Origin: Octopus sinensis
Taxonomy: Eukaryota
DNA: 64,000 nt
Assembly (NCBI RefSeq): GCF_006345805.1
Contig: NC_042997.1
Span: forward strand, 192,944,001-193,008,000
Reading direction: 5' to 3'
The notes beneath the pieces are model-generated. The model made no database searches. It saw only the letters and a list, made by a program, of their open reading frames with translations, and was not told where the DNA came from. Each line of letters starts with the position of its first letter. Positions within the stretch are counted from its first letter, which is position 1. Positions 35,801 to 51,500 of this stretch are shown here, in pieces. Position numbers and translations under genes: made by a program.

Positions 35801-36562
35801 TCTCTCATCTCCAAACCACCAATGTTGTCCAATGAAAAAGTAAAGGTTGATACAGCCTGACACCAGAAATGTTGAAACTAATTTTTACAGAGGAGTGAAT
35901 TGGAGCAACATGAAATAAAGTGTCTTGCTCAAGAATACAACACACAACCCAGTCTGATAATCAGACTTTCAACCTATCATCATCATTGTTCGACCGTCGT
36001 CGAGACAATGGAATTTACTATGTTACACCAGACTTCACGGTCCATCATAGCATTACGGAAGTCCTGTTGCTGGATGCCTGTATCCCTGGAGATTACATCA
36101 GAGTAGGAGAGTGTGCGCCCTCTGGTATCGCGAGCAGATGGCTTCAACCTAACAATTATAGGCTTGGTGCTCTAACCACTGAGCCATGTGCCTTCACATA
36201 TATACTTCATACAATATCATGTGTTGAGAGTTGGAACAAACTGCCGGCATCAGTTGTTAGTTATCGGAGCACTGCATCCTTCAAAACTTCCATGCTTCCT
36301 GAGATTTGCCAACACTACACCTGATTTTCTCCCCTCCATACACATGCAAGCATGTATCTGACTCATGCACTGTTCACTTCCCAGACATTTGTACATTACT
36401 GCATATGCTTTATAGGAGATAATGGTGTCGTTGAGACCAAAAGGTGTCAGGTAAATGCTACACAGCCTTGGTTTTTTATCTTATTATGCAAAAAATTCTT
36501 GCATATGCTTTATACACACTTTTGACAAGTTGTGGTGCACCTGAGCACTGTATACAATAATT

Positions 36563-36594
<32 letters not shown>

Positions 36595-39500
36595 TAAAGC
36601 AAGATAGAGGAACATGAAGAAGTGCCTTGCTATTGAGAAGATGCATGGCTACCTGTATTATGGTGAAGGCACATGGCTCAGTGGTTAGGGCATCAGGCTG
36701 TGTGTTATGGTCTTGAGCAAGACACTTTATTTCATGTTGCTCCAGTTCACTCAGCTGTAGAAATGAACTGCGACATCACTGGTGCCAAGCTGAATCGGCC
36801 TTTGCCTTTCCCTTGGATGACACTGGTGGCATGGAGAGGAGAGGCTGATATGCATAGGCAAATGATGGTCTCCCATAAACAACCTTGCCCCAACTTGTGC
36901 CTCGGAGAGTAACTTTCTAGGTGCAATCCCATGGTCATTCATGACTGAAAGAGGTCTTTACCTGTATTATATAAAGGCATCATTGAAAATAATTTCTCTT
37001 TTGCTCATAATCTAACAGATTAACACAACATACATTTGAGCTGTGCAGGTGGCATGTAAAAAACACCATTTCAGCATGGCCGTTGCCAGTACCGCCTAAC
37101 TGGCCCTCATGCCGGTGGCACGTAAAAGCACCCACTACACTTTCGGAGTGGTTGGCATTAGGAAGGGCATCCAGCTGTAGAAACTCTGCCAGATCAGATT
37201 GGAGCCTGGTGCAGCCATCTAGTTCACCAGTCCTCAGTCAAATCGTCCAACCCATGCTAGCATGGAAAGCGGACGTTAAACAATGAACAAACGTCCAAAA
37301 ACTTTTCCAAGTAATACATCCTTTATTTCTTTCACCAATATGCTTCTCTCCAATATCATCCCAATTCAAACCAACACAGTCTCATAATTCAGAACATTTC
37401 ATGCCAATAACAAGCTCTTAAAAACTCATTTAAAACTTGCAAGTTTAAAGTTTTCATAAAAAATTTCTTGCTGAGAGAACACATTAAACACACACATAAG
37501 AACTGACTCCCTAAAAGAAAACAAATAAACAATTATCAATACTTACAGCTTCTACAAAAACTGGAATCCGTTGTAGACAGCTGGGTCGGGCACTGTACTT
37601 GCAGAAATTTCTGGCATATTCCACCTTTAAAAAAAAATGTAGTTTATTTTTTTTTAAAGTAAAACTTCTCTTAATATGCACACAGATCTTACCCTGTTTA
37701 TATAACTGAAAGAAATGCTTGACAAGGCCAGCAATTTTGGGGAAGGGGTAAGTCAATTACATCAACCTCATTGCTCAACTGATACTTATTTTATAAACTC
37801 CAGAAGGATGAAAAGCAAAGTTAACCTCAGTGGAATTTGAACTCAGAATATTCAGACAAGCAAAACGCTGCTAAGAATTTTAACCAAATGTTAACAATTC
37901 TACCAGCTTACCACTGCAGCAATTTTTGTCTGGTTCCCAAAGCATCAAGTGCCGAAAATGAACTTTCTTATCTTCCATTTTAAAGGGAATACAGAATTAA
38001 CACAGGTTATAGGAACATAAACCTTCTTCCATGAAAAGATAGCTTAAACTGTGTCCTAAATGGAGGTGTAGTCAAATCCTATTTTATGGACTCAACCATG
38101 TTCTAAAATAAGTCGAAAGGTAAGCTACTATAAATTGGCACAAACTTTCCGAACAACACATTAATAACAAAAAATAGAAGCAAAAGTCATTTTTTTTCTC
38201 TTATATAGGCACAGACAGGGCTGTGTGGTAGGAAGTTTGCTTCCCAACCACATGATTCCAGGTTCAGTCCAAATGTGTGGCACCTTGGGAAAGTGTCTTC
38301 TACTATAGCCTCAAGCCAACCAAAGCCTTCTGAGTGGATTTGGTAGATGGAAACTGAAAGAAGTCCATCATGTGTGTGTGTGTGCAGGAGTGGCTGTGTG
38401 GTAAGAAGCTTGCTTCCCAACCACATTGTTCCGTGTTCAGTCCCACTGCATGGCACCTTGGGTAAGTGTCTTCTACTAAAGCCTCAGGCCAACCAAAGCC
38501 TTGTGAATGGATTTGGTAGATGGAAACTGAAAGAAGCCCACCATGTATATATACATGTATATATGTTTACGTGTTTGTTTCTTTGTTTATACCCCCGCCA
38601 TCGCTTGACAACTGATGTTGGTGTGTTTTTGTCTCTCTGTAACTTAGCAGTTCAGCAAAAGAGACCAATAGAATAAGTACTAGGCTTACAAAGAATAAGT
38701 TCTGGGGTCAATTTGTTCAACTAAAGGCTGTGCTCCAGCATGGCCACAGTCAAATGACTGAAAAGAGTAAAAGAGTATATATGTAAGTGTGGCTGTATGC
38801 TTAAGATGTTTGGCTTGAGACCATGTGGTTCTGAGTTCAATCCCACAGCATGGCAATTTGAGCAAGTGTCTTTTAACATAGCTCTGTCTGGCCCCGTGTC
38901 GGTGGCACGTAAAAGCACCATCCGTTCGTGTCCGTTGCCAGCATCGCCTGGCCCCGTGCCGGTGACACGTAAAAGCACCATCCGTTCGTGGCCGTTCGCC
39001 AGCTCTGTCTGGCACCTGTGCAGGTGGCACGTAAAAAACACCCACTACACTCGCGGAGTGGTTGGCGTTAGGAAGGGCATCCAGCCGTAGAAACATTGCC
39101 AGATCTGACTGGGCCTGACGAAGCCTTCCAGCTTCACAGACCCCAGTTGACCCGTCCAACCCATGCTAGCATGGAAAGCGGACGCTAAATGATGATGATG
39201 ATGATGATGAAGAAATTAGCTATTTTTAGGTAGGTATTGAATGTGATTCTTAATCCCAGTTGATTGAAGGTGCTAAGATATGTCCTAAAAGGTTACATCT
39301 GGGACCACATTGTCTAATGTGTCTTTCTTTTCTTAAGATTGTAGAGTATAAATTGAACGAAATTTGGCTGCTATTTCTAAGCAGGTCCAGCAACCACATG
39401 GAGGCTCCTTCATTGGCTTGGGTAAAATTAAGAAGGGAGGTAACTTTGAAGAGTGCAGTTAAGAGTTGGGTGTAAGGTAAGAACGTAAACCAAGCAATAG

Positions 39501-42500
39501 GGGATAACAAAAGTAAAGGCAGTGATGGTAAATGGTAATGATGGCAGCAGAGGACGCAGTGGTAAACTGTCTCACCATTACCATAACCATCTCCTTCAAT
39601 TATTATATAGATGATGGACAAAAGAAGTCAGACAACACATGTATCAGTATCTGAAGATATACTTACCTGTGGGTATTCTTGAAAAGCTCCCATGCCTTCC
39701 TGTTGTCTCTCACAAGAACCCCCAATAAGTAACATTGGCCTGGAAGAAATACACCAGGTTAGTAAATCCCATTTAGGAGACTGAAAGCATTTAATCTTTA
39801 TATATAAAAGTGAAGTTGTGTGTCTGTCTCCTACGATTTAGATTCCTAACTACTCCCACATTTTGCGGTGCAGTTTAACCAAAACCGGGTATCTTATAGT
39901 CGTGATTCATATCGAGCCCTTCTGGGTATTAGCGCGCGTCTATGATGAGTCTACGATTTAAAAAAAAATTTACCATAATTTTTTTCCATTTTAATGCATT
40001 TTTTCGCTATTATATAAGGGAAGTAACTCTCTAAAAATGTCTACGATGAGTCAACGATTTAAAAAAAATTTACCATAATTTTTTTTCTAGTTTTAATGCA
40101 TTTTTTTGCTAATTTTTGGCTATAACTCTCTAAAAATGGTTATATAGTTATTTCCCTTACAAACCCGAGCAACGCCGGGCGACACTGCTAGTAATACATA
40201 ATATAGGAACGACGATGGTAAATTTTACAATATAGCTAAATGTAAATAGAATTTTTTAATTCCAGTCTTATATAATCTTATAATCATTGTTAAAACAACA
40301 TTTTAGGATGTGATCACACAGCCATAACGAGATCACTGGTTGCTATGGTGACAACAATGAAGATGAGGATCAAAAATGAGTAGGAACGGAAACTACTGTG
40401 CATTGTGAAAAAAAAAATTGTGGTTTAACATTGATGCTATCTGCAGCAATCTGCACCAACTTAATAATGATTTCTTTCAACTAAGCATCAAACAGTCTTA
40501 AAAAGTAAAACACTGCTATTATTGGCTTGTTTACATTGCACAATATATTACTGGTACTTATTCTACTGATAAGTGGCAAACAAATACATACCAACAATTC
40601 TCCATAGCGTTGGAAGCACCAGCAAGAGCATGTACTAAACCAGGACCTGAGACTACAAGACAAGCTGCTGGTCTGAAAATATAGGAACAAATTATAGCAT
40701 TGGATGATATTTAGGCAGAATTTTCTGTAGCACTGGATAAATATAACAACAATCTTTAATGGTGCTGGATACATTTTTGAGGCAAATCTTTGTAGTATTG
40801 CAGGGACTACATTATATAGTGTTGGTGGATATAACAACTCTTTTATAGGAATTGGTAAATTGCAGTTCGTTTTTGGATTTGGTTTGCAAGATTCTTTATA
40901 TGATTTTGTGTATTGAAGCATATTCTGTTGTGTCTGGGGAGAGTCATTTTCTTTTTGTGCCTTATTATGTAACACACTCACCGGTAAAATTTCCACTTTT
41001 TTCTTATTTTTATTGTCCTAAAATTTTCATTGTGTCTTGCAACCTTTTCAATAGTTTTGAAAATTTTAGTACAATAAAAATAAGAAAGAAGTGGAAATTT
41101 TACCGGTGAGTGTGTTACATAATAAGGCACAAAAAGAAAATGACTCTCCCCAGACACAACAGAATTCTTTATAGCATTGGATAAATTTAACCATCTGCAG
41201 CAATAAGCAAATAACAGGAAAACCTTTATAATTTGGGGGCAAATTTAGGGATAATTTTTCATAAAAATGATTAAAATTAGGGGTAATTCTTTTTTATAAC
41301 ATTGAGTAAACTTAGAACAAATTCTTTGGAGTAATGAATAACTGTGGGAGCAATCATAGGTATGCTTTGATATATTTCAGGTTACTTTTTTTTATAGCAT
41401 CAGGTAAAGTTAGCAATAGTGTTAGTGATTAAAGTCAGGGTAGATGTTTACCTGGCTTGTGAATCACAAAGATACACGGGGTTGGGGCTTATACTCAGTT
41501 TCCAGAATATGAAACAAATGATAGGCAAATATCATTCCTTGACTACAAGACTGGTTTGTCACAGGAAACTCTCCCCACAGATGGAAACAGATTGAATTAA
41601 ACCTATATTGCAAACTAATGTATTAATCATCAAATCCATAGGTTGTTACTGATTACATCATTGTGTTGTTTATCATCTTGGGTCAATTCAGACTAGATAG
41701 AACTATGATCAAAAAGCATTCCAGCTGTGACCATCCTATCTTCTATCCAGATATAAAGTATCTGGAACTACATTATCCAACATGTAGTTCCTTTTTGAAT
41801 ATGGTAGCGTATCTGGGATTTAAGGCTGTAATGTCTAAAATATCTTAGATTAACCATATAAAGTCTCTCTCATTGGCTCATGTTTCTTCTGGTGAGTTAT
41901 AGCATCATGTGGTACACCTAGGTGGACTTAGCTACTTAGAGGCTAAAGCAACATACATATATGAATCACTAACATTCAAATCCTGCATTAAAGCATTAGA
42001 GGAATGCCTTGGATGTTTTTTCCAGAAATTTGTGGTCTGGGTTCAAATCCTGTCGTTGATCTAAAAAGGGGTGTTGTAACTGAATATAAACCATGTTGAT
42101 GACTTCACCAGACCATTGAAAGCTGGCAAGTTTCATGAGAATTGCCTTAACTCTTTTAACAACCTTGGCAAAAAGAAAGTAAAAACTATTCTGAAATAGA
42201 AACATAGAGACAAGTAACCACAACATGAAGAACTATTCCTGAAAATAAATCCAAACAGAAAGGTTACTAATGAATTCAAATGGAGATTAATACAAATTTC
42301 TAACATTGACACAAAGCCACACATTTTGGAAGAGGATATGATGGCTCAATACAGGGCAGGCTTTGCTGGCTTCTGCTATCTTGCTGAACAAGAGGCAATG
42401 TTAAAGGTTATATTTTGGAAACTTCTGCACCTTAAGGGAATACAAAGGCCACTCAGTTACATTGGTATTATTAGTTCAGACACACAACATGAAATTTAGA

Positions 42501-45500
42501 CCTTACTAAAGCTAATGGGAGACAGAAATTCTTGGTACAGTATTGTGAAATGTGTCTCAGTTATGGATGCTTGAAGATGAGAAAATAGTTGAGTATATAT
42601 AATACCAGTACTTGACAAGCACTTTAGTTTATTAATGTATTGGAAGGATGAAAGGCAAAGCTGATCTTGACAGTATTTGAACTCTATGTAATGGTTTGTA
42701 AATTTTTTTAAAAATCACAAAAAACCATAAGAAGCATTTTGTCTGAGGTCCTAATGATTCTTCTTAACTACAATCCTCAATAGAAATATATATTAACTAG
42801 CAGTATCGCCCAGCGTTGCTCAGGTTTGTTTTCTTTTCGACCCTTTAGAATTGGAAAAGTAAAAATGTTGCATTATGTAGCTTGTTATTCTCTTTAAGTG
42901 AACATTTTTCTGGTTGAAATACAGCGAAAAATGACGACACAGCAGTAAAAAAATCGTAAAAAATAGGGATTTTCATAGAAATAAAGCACCTTTTTGATGT
43001 AAATAATTTTTGGCCTTAACATGGTCTGATTTGAATTTTATCTTCAACAGAATGAAGAACAAGCCTTCTTCTATCATACTCTCAATTTTGGTCAACTTGC
43101 ACCGTAGGGTCTTGGAGGAGATAGTGTTAGTTGAAGGCTACCAAACCTGCCACACACACACAGACAACTTCAGCTTTATATATAGAGATTTGCAAAAAAC
43201 AGAGAGTAACATAAAGCTACTTATAAACTGTTTAGTATCCATTTTTACAAGTATTAATGTATATTTTGGTTATAGGCAGTATTTCCAGCTGGTCAAGAAA
43301 CCATGTAAAGATGTCATTGATATCTATTTTTGGCAGTAAGGTGAAAGAAATAAGGTACATAGAATCAAGTTTATTTCCCAGACATACAATAACATGAACA
43401 AAACATCATCTTTAAGAAACTTGTCATTCAATATTGCAGTCATTAAGCCATTTCTACTAAAAGCTTACTTGCTGAAGGGTAGGGAGATTATAGTTCAATA
43501 TTGTAGCTCACTCATGGGAAGGCAGCAAGCTGGCGTCGTTAGCAACTGGGCAAAATGCAAAGTGGCATTTTGTATGTCATTACATTCTGAGTTCAAATTC
43601 TGCCAAGGTTGATTTTACCTTTTATCCTTTTGGCATTGATAAAATAAGTATCAGTTGAGCATTGGGGTCAATGTAATCAACTTACCCCCTCCTCTGAAAC
43701 TGCTGGCCTTGTGCCAAAATTGAAATTAATATTATTGCTCTTAGGCTATTCCAGTGTAATGCTTGTAGCCCAATACTATAACCACTGAGCTCACAGATTG
43801 CAGTTCAGTAATGTAACCACTGAGGTATTCCATATCTACCATCAGTTTACTGACTAGAGGGGAGACACCATGTATCATAGTGAGTGGGGTACAACCTTCT
43901 GATGGTTCAATCCAGGCCAGCCTTGATCTAGAAAAGACTAACGATAAAAGGCTTTCTATCTATGACATTCCATCCTGTTTCCAAACATTGTATCGAGGAC
44001 TTAGACTTACTAGTGTGTAGTTAACAAGCAGTGCTGATTTAAAATCCTGTCATCATCATCATCATCGTTTAACGTCCGCTTTCCATGCTAGCATGGGTTG
44101 GACGATTTTGACTAAGGGCTGGCGAACCAGATGGCTGCACCAGGCTCCAATCTGATCTGGCAGAGTTTCTACAGCTGGATGCCCTTCCTAATGCCAACCA
44201 CTCCGAGAGTGTAGTGGGTGCTTTTATGTGCCATGGTCTTGGAAAAGGCAATGGGGGATCTACTCCAGTGAATCATTTTCATATCCTGAAATTTGGAGAT
44301 TTGTCAAAAACTTAATCTTTCCATAACATTGATGAGTTACGGCATTTTGAGAAGATGACTGAAGGCCTATCTTCAAGTAGTGATTCTGTGATGACAAGTC
44401 TGGACTCAGCAATAACATCTAATGAAATACTTGTAAAATTGAGAGAGTTTCAACTGTTTATTGTAGTTATTTGTTAAAAGAAATAAAAAATTTGACATAG
44501 ATCAGTGCTACTTAAAGTGGTGGTCCATGGCACCAGTCCACAGTGAGTTTCCAGAAAAGAAAGAAACATAAAATACTTATGTAATATTGTATGATACTTC
44601 CGAGGATTGACTACTGTTCTCAGTTGTGGACACCAACAACAAAAGGCCAACTATCTAAGATAGAATCGCTCCAAAGAAATTTTACCTCATACTTCTCAGA
44701 AACGAGGGACCTGGACTATTGGCAAAGACTCAAAACCTTGAGGATGTACTCAATAGAAAGAAGATTTGAACGATACCGAATTATATACATTTGGAAAATG
44801 ATAGAGCAGAAGGTGCCAAACTTTGGTATCAAAACCTACCACTCACTGCGCCACGGAAGACGCTGCCAGCTGCCACCAATCAACAAAAAGGCTGGCCAGG
44901 CAGCAAAAACCCTGCGAGAATCAAGTCTGTTGGTTCGAGGAGCACAACTGTTCAACTCCATTCCGGTACATGTCAGAAATCTATCAGGATGCAGTGTGGA
45001 ATCATTCAAATTGCAACTGGATAGATACTTAAGCACCATTAGAGATGAACCCCATCTCCCAGGATATACACAACGAGCACAAACTGACTCAAACTCGCTC
45101 CTACACATGTCAAAATTAAGCAGAGAATACAACCTGGCAACCACACCAGACTCTGAGGGTGGAGTCTTCGACTTGGCCTGAGCATGGACTCAAACCCAAA
45201 TGAAATGAAAATGGAAAAATAGGCACAGGAGTGGCTGTGTAGTAAGCAGCTTGCTTACCAACCACATGATTTCAGGTTCAGTCCCACAGCATGGCACCTT
45301 GGACAAGTGTTTTCTACTATAGCCTCGGGCCGACCAAAGCCTTGTGAGTGGATTTGGTATTGGAAACTGGAAGAAGCCTATCGTATATGTGTATATATAT
45401 ATATATATGCGTGTGTTTGTGTGTTTGTTTGTCTCCCCAACATCGCTTGACAACCGATGCTGGTATGTTTGCGTCCCCGTAACTTAGTGGTTCGGCACAA

Positions 45501-48500
45501 GAGACTGATAGAATAAGTACTAGGCTTACAAAGAATAAGTCTTGGGGTCGATTTGCTCGACTAAAGGTGGTGCTCCAGCATGGCCTCAGTCAAATGACTG
45601 AAACAAGTAAAAGAGTATATGATGAAAAAAATTGTCAACTTTTATTATATTCATTATATATATTGTTTCCAGTATAAATTAATATTACTAAGAAATATTA
45701 CTGGTCCTTGGCACATTGGAAAAAAAAACTGCCAGTACACCACATCACATAGTTTGAGAAGCACTGACATGGATTATATCTATATCTGAATTACTTGAAC
45801 AATTGTTCACATGGCTGAGTGGTCTTTATCCAGTAGTAATGCAGCAGCAACATCTGTTTCCAATTAGTACGCTGGGTGAAATGCGTAGCCGTATTTCGTC
45901 TCCCGTTATGTTCTGAGTTCAAATTCCATCGAGGTCGACTTTGTCTTTCATCCTTTCAGGGTCGATAAATTAAGTACCAGTTAAGTACTGGGGTGGATGT
46001 AATCGACTTAATCCGTTTGTCTGTCCTTGTTTGTCCCCTCTGTGTTTAGCCCCTTGTGGGTAGTAAAGAAATGTTTCCAATTAAAGTGAACAAAAGTGCC
46101 TCGCTCTATTTTTATTTTCATTGATGCAAGTAAAATATGTGCCCGGTTTTAATTTTTTTCACTGAAATAAGATATCTGATACACCACAAGGCCCAGTGCT
46201 CAAATGATACACCACAAGGACCATTGCAAGATTTGAATTCCTCCTATACCAAGAAAAAGAATAATTTACCTTCTTGTTAGGTAACCAATCACACTAGCAG
46301 CGTAAGAAGCCTGGAAGACAAAATTGCACACCATTAGAAAAGCAACAGGAACTAAAAACTAAATTATATCTTTTTGCTCTCCAAGCTTTTATTTACAGTC
46401 AATTAGGTTAGTCAAACACAATAAGTAAATGTTGACCATAAATGCAGGAATGAAATTTGCTTAAGGGATACAAACCCAGTTTTACTGGAGGATTTTCAAG
46501 GTGTTTTCATTGTCCTTCTCCACCCACCCCAAAAATTTGGAGGGTGTGCTTGCACCCTTTGCTCTAAAGTCTATGACACTGACTATCATGTCTTCACTCC
46601 TGTACTCACCTCACTAACCCTCAAAGACAAGCAAGATCAAAATGATTTTTCTCCCTATTGATTAGAGTGGCTTTGATTGTTAACATCATTGTGAAAGAGT
46701 GATCAGTTATTGATTTGCATTAGGTCTATGTTTTTTATTTATTCATTGGAATGGTGTGTATGCAGGAGACATGAACTCTGCAAGTCATTTTGCAGATTAT
46801 TCATCTAGGAGGGCAGCAATCAAATAAGAGCTGATACAGGCTAGAAAGCTCTCTTTAGTCTAACCACAGACAAACCTTTTTAATGCTGGTGAAGTGATGA
46901 AATTCACCATACCATCTTGTAAAAAATACACAACTTTATTATAATACTAGCAGTATCGCCCGACGTTGCTCAGGTTTGTTTCGACCCTTTAGAATTGGAA
47001 TTTTTGAAAAGTAAAAGTTTTGCATTATGTAGCTTGTTATTCTCTTTAAGTGAACATTTTTCTGGTTGAAATACACTGAAAAATGGCGACACAGCAGTAA
47101 AAAAATCGCGATTTTCATAGAAAAAAAAGCACCTTTTTGATGTTAATAATTTTTAGTCTTAACATGGTCTGATTTGAATTTTATCTTTTACGGAATGAAG
47201 AGCAACCCTTCTTCTGTCATACTCTCAATTTTGGTCAACTTGCGCTGCAAGGTATCGGAGGAGTAGTGTTAGTTGAAGGCTACTAAACCTGCCACACACA
47301 CACAGACAACTTCAGCTTTATATATATAGATTATATTGGTACACAAGGTGGGAAGTCATAACACACACACGCATGCAGGCATACATACAAATATGAGCTC
47401 CATTGCACAAAGATAATATAGAATAAGAACACACACACACACACACACATATCCTAGCACATGATCACACACACACACATATCCTAGCACATGATCACAC
47501 ATACAAACAGAAGAAGTAGAGCGGAGAAAGATAGAAAGAAACTGTGATCAAGATAGTACAAAGCTGATCCTCAAAACGAAATAATGCAAGAGAAACATCT
47601 AAAATAAAGTTTAAACATAAAAGGCTATTAGGCAGCCTGTGATACCGTTTGCAGAGCTCATTACTATTTTGTATATTACATTTCAGTGAATGAATAAAAT
47701 ATGAGGTGCATTCCAGAATTTTGAGACTTTCTTTAACCCTTTCATTACTGGATTTATTTTGAGATTCTCTGTTTTTCTTTCAATTAATTTTAAATATAAC
47801 AAAGAATTTAGTAAAATAACTTAGTTATCATTCAGCTAGTGTTAGGAACATAAATTGTGACTAAGGTTTGGTGGAAGATTTTAATTCAAAACTTATGAAA
47901 ACAAGACATTTGTACTACAGAGCTAGGGCCGGTTTCAGCCAGGTTACTCCTTACCCTTTTACTTGTTTCAGTCATTTGACTGCGGCCATGCTGGAGCACC
48001 GCCTTTAGTCGAGCAACTCGACCCCAGGACTTATTCTTTGGAAGCCTAGTATTTATTCTATCGGTCTCTTTTGCCGAACTGCTAAGTTACGGGGATGTAA
48101 ACACACCAGCATCGGTTGTCAAGAGATGTTGGGGGGGGGGGCAAACACAAACATACAAACATATACACACACACACACATATATATACATATATACGATG
48201 GGCTTCTTTCAGTTTCCGTCTACCAAATCCACTCACAAGTTGAGGACACTTGCCCAAGGTGCCACGCAGTAGGACTGAACCCTGAACCATGTGGTTGGTA
48301 AGCAAGCTACTTACCACACAGCCACTCCTGCATTAGTCATGAAAGGGTTAAGAGAGTCAGCAATAACTACCTTAGATTAGTGTAATTTTAGTATAGCATT
48401 ACTATACTGCTAATAAGCTGACCTGCCAACTTTTGTTATTCCAGATTGAAGGAAATAACTGTAACAGCACTTTGAACACACCTTACTAAACACTACTTGT

Positions 48501-51500
48501 CGTAATTCTCTCCTGGTAACCAACCACTTGACAGAGATGAGCATCAAATCTTTCTCTCACCCACCCTACAATCCAGACCTTGCTCCCTGTGACTTTCAGT
48601 TGTTCTCTAAGCTGAAGGTGAACATCAGAGGAAGTTGTTTTGAAGACACTGAGAAGATGAAGGAGGCTATGGCAAGAGTCCCAGACACTTCCACTTTGGA
48701 GGACTTTGCAAAGAGGCTGAAGTGTTACAACAAGTGCATTGAAGTTAGAGCGTCTTACTTTGAAGAAATTTAGAGTTTTGTACTTCCTTAAAAATAAGTT
48801 CCAGTTGAGTACTGGGATAGATGGAATTGACTTTGCTCTAAACTTGCTAGTCTTGGCAAAAATTATCCCCGCCGCTAGATCAACAATACACCATTTTCCC
48901 CTTGTGGTTTGTTCTTCTACCATCTTATCTAGAAGTTACAATTTTATGCTCGGACATTTTCAAACTTTTTGGTCCTCTCACACACTTCTATGCAGTAGAG
49001 CACTGGAAACCTAGATTGAATTTCAGCCCCTGACACACCTTCAGACCAGAGAAATCAAATCACAGATCTCTGTTCTTCCTTGATGTAGTTGCCAACAGAA
49101 TAGCCATTTTTATTCTGTAACATAAGAAAGAAAACTGAAGAGATCAAGGTCGAATCTTGGTTACATAACTCCAAGAGTTCCACCCTTTAGCATCCAAGCA
49201 CCGGAGGCAGTGCAACCAACCTAAAGAAAGTACTGGCAAAAGTGCATGTAATTTTTGACTTCCTCCTGTAGTTCTGAAAACCTTCCACTCTCACCCCAGC
49301 CCATTTCAATACTGATGGATGGGAACAGTTTGAGGCTAAAACTGGAATCATTCAATTTACTTGAGATTTTTGTAAATAATACTTACAGCTTGCTCATTCC
49401 TCATAGCCACAAACTTGATGCCAGCAGTTTGCATGGCCATTGCAACTTCGATAACTGGAACACCAACAATGCCAAACACATATTCAATACCCTGGATAAA
49501 AGTGAAAAGAAAAGCAACAAGTTATAAGCCAAACATATCATACACAGGTATGTGACATTTTAAAATATATTTCTTTACTACCCACAAGGGGCTAAACACA
49601 GAGGGGACAAACAAGGACAGACAAAGGGAATAAGTCGATTACATCGACCCCAGTGCGAAACTGGTACTTTATTTATCGACCCCGAAAGGATGAAAGGCAA
49701 AGTCGTCCTCGGCAGAATTTGAACTCAGAACGTAATGACAGACGAAATACCGCTTAGCATTTTGCCTGGCGTGCTAACATTTCTGCCAGCTCACCGCAGA
49801 ACATTTTTAAATATTCAGGGATGATTGTAGGACAGTGTGTGTACAATACATGAGACAGAACAAACATACAAAGAATTATGTATTAAGTTCAGTAACTTAA
49901 TGGAAAAACAATTGCGGTGTTTATAAGCCATTTAAGAAACACACAAAAACCGTTAGATTCACTTCAACATTTAATTTGTCAAAATATTTTTGCTGCTTTG
50001 AGACCGTGACCTGTTCACTGACAAAACTCCGGAGTGACGAAAATATTTTGACAAATTAAATTTAAATGTTGAAGTGAATCTAAAGGTTTTTGTGTGTTTC
50101 TTAAATGGCTTATAAACACCTGGTGCAGCTCCACCAGTCTTAGGGGTCTATGGGGTGGCTGGGTGACGTAGTATCTCCAAAGGGGGAATATGTGGTGCTC
50201 TTTGGAGTAATTCATCTGCTTTGGTCCTCACCTGACACCCAGCTCTCACCTGTGGCTCTTCAAAGCTGCCTGCATGCAGCAGTGGCCACACACCAGGCAA
50301 TGGCTTTCACAGGCTGGTTAAACCATAGTGAGGGTAACTGACGGCTTTCAAACATGCATAGGTTTATTATTTACATTCGACAGATATTTGTCCTCATCTT
50401 GTTTGTTGTTTGTGCTAACAACAAGATGAGGACAAATATCCATTGAATGTAAATTCCTCATCTCTCATATATAGAAATGCATAGGTTTGTCTACCTATGG
50501 ATGTGAAGACTGTACCTGGTGAACAGTGGAGAAAACCAGCAGATATCATGGATACTAGTCAAATGAAGTTCAACTTGTGTCGTTTTAGTCTTATTCTTAT
50601 TTCTAATAAATGGTAGACTTAACCTGTTAACTTAGTTTAGCTCCACCACCGACTAGTCTTTGGAGGCTTTTGGCAGAATCCACCAAATCACAAGCACTCA
50701 AACCAGGTCTCTGGTGAGAAGATAACATCCTTTGTTTCCCCCACCAGTTGTGAAGGTTTGAAAAGGGTCAGAGGTGCTGCCCCTTTTTCTTCAGACACAT
50801 TGTCATTACCATTTAATGTCCATGCTTCATGCTAGAATGTGTTGGACAGAGTTAGTGGATCCAGTGGATCCTAGGACTACATTGTGCTCCAATGTCTGCT
50901 TTGGTTTGGTCTCTATGGCTGGATGCCCTTCCTAATGCCAACCACTTTAAGAGTGCACTGGGGGCTTTTTTGTGTCACCAATATTAGTGAGGTTGCCATG
51001 TAGCTTGCATGACTAGAAAGCCTTAGTGGAAGAGCTATTCTAGGCAATAAGGGGCTAAAGTATGAGAGAAGGCACAGCAGGAATTTTACTATAAACGAGA
51101 CCATAACCTCGTGGCCTATGCCAGGGGTGTAACCAGCCCACTTATGCATACCTTTCCTTCATTGGACACTAAACTCTGCTTGCGAAAACCTGACGAGGCA
51201 AGTGAAATTCAAATCAAATTTGATGACTGACATCCATGCTAGTGGAGCGCTAAGAGTACCATCCGAGCGTGATCGTTGCCAGTGTAGCCTTACTGGCACT
51301 TGTGCCGGTGGCACGTGAAAAAGCATTCGAGCGAGGTCGTTGCCAGTGCTACTGGACTGGCTCCTGTGCAGGTGGCACGTAAAAAAGCACCATTTGAACA
51401 TAGCCGTTGCCAGTACCACCTGACTGGCTCTCGTGCCGGTGGTACGTAAAATCATCCACTACACTCTCGGAGTGGTTGGCGTTAGGAAGGGCATCCAGCT

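Noticed and set aside
40481-40996. 171-aa ORF
   Set aside because: Crosses the fold-back element and overlaps HACL1 exon 4 in a different frame; not an independent gene.
47428-47500. 30-bp tandem duplication within (CA)n
   Set aside because: Ordinary microsatellite-associated slippage.
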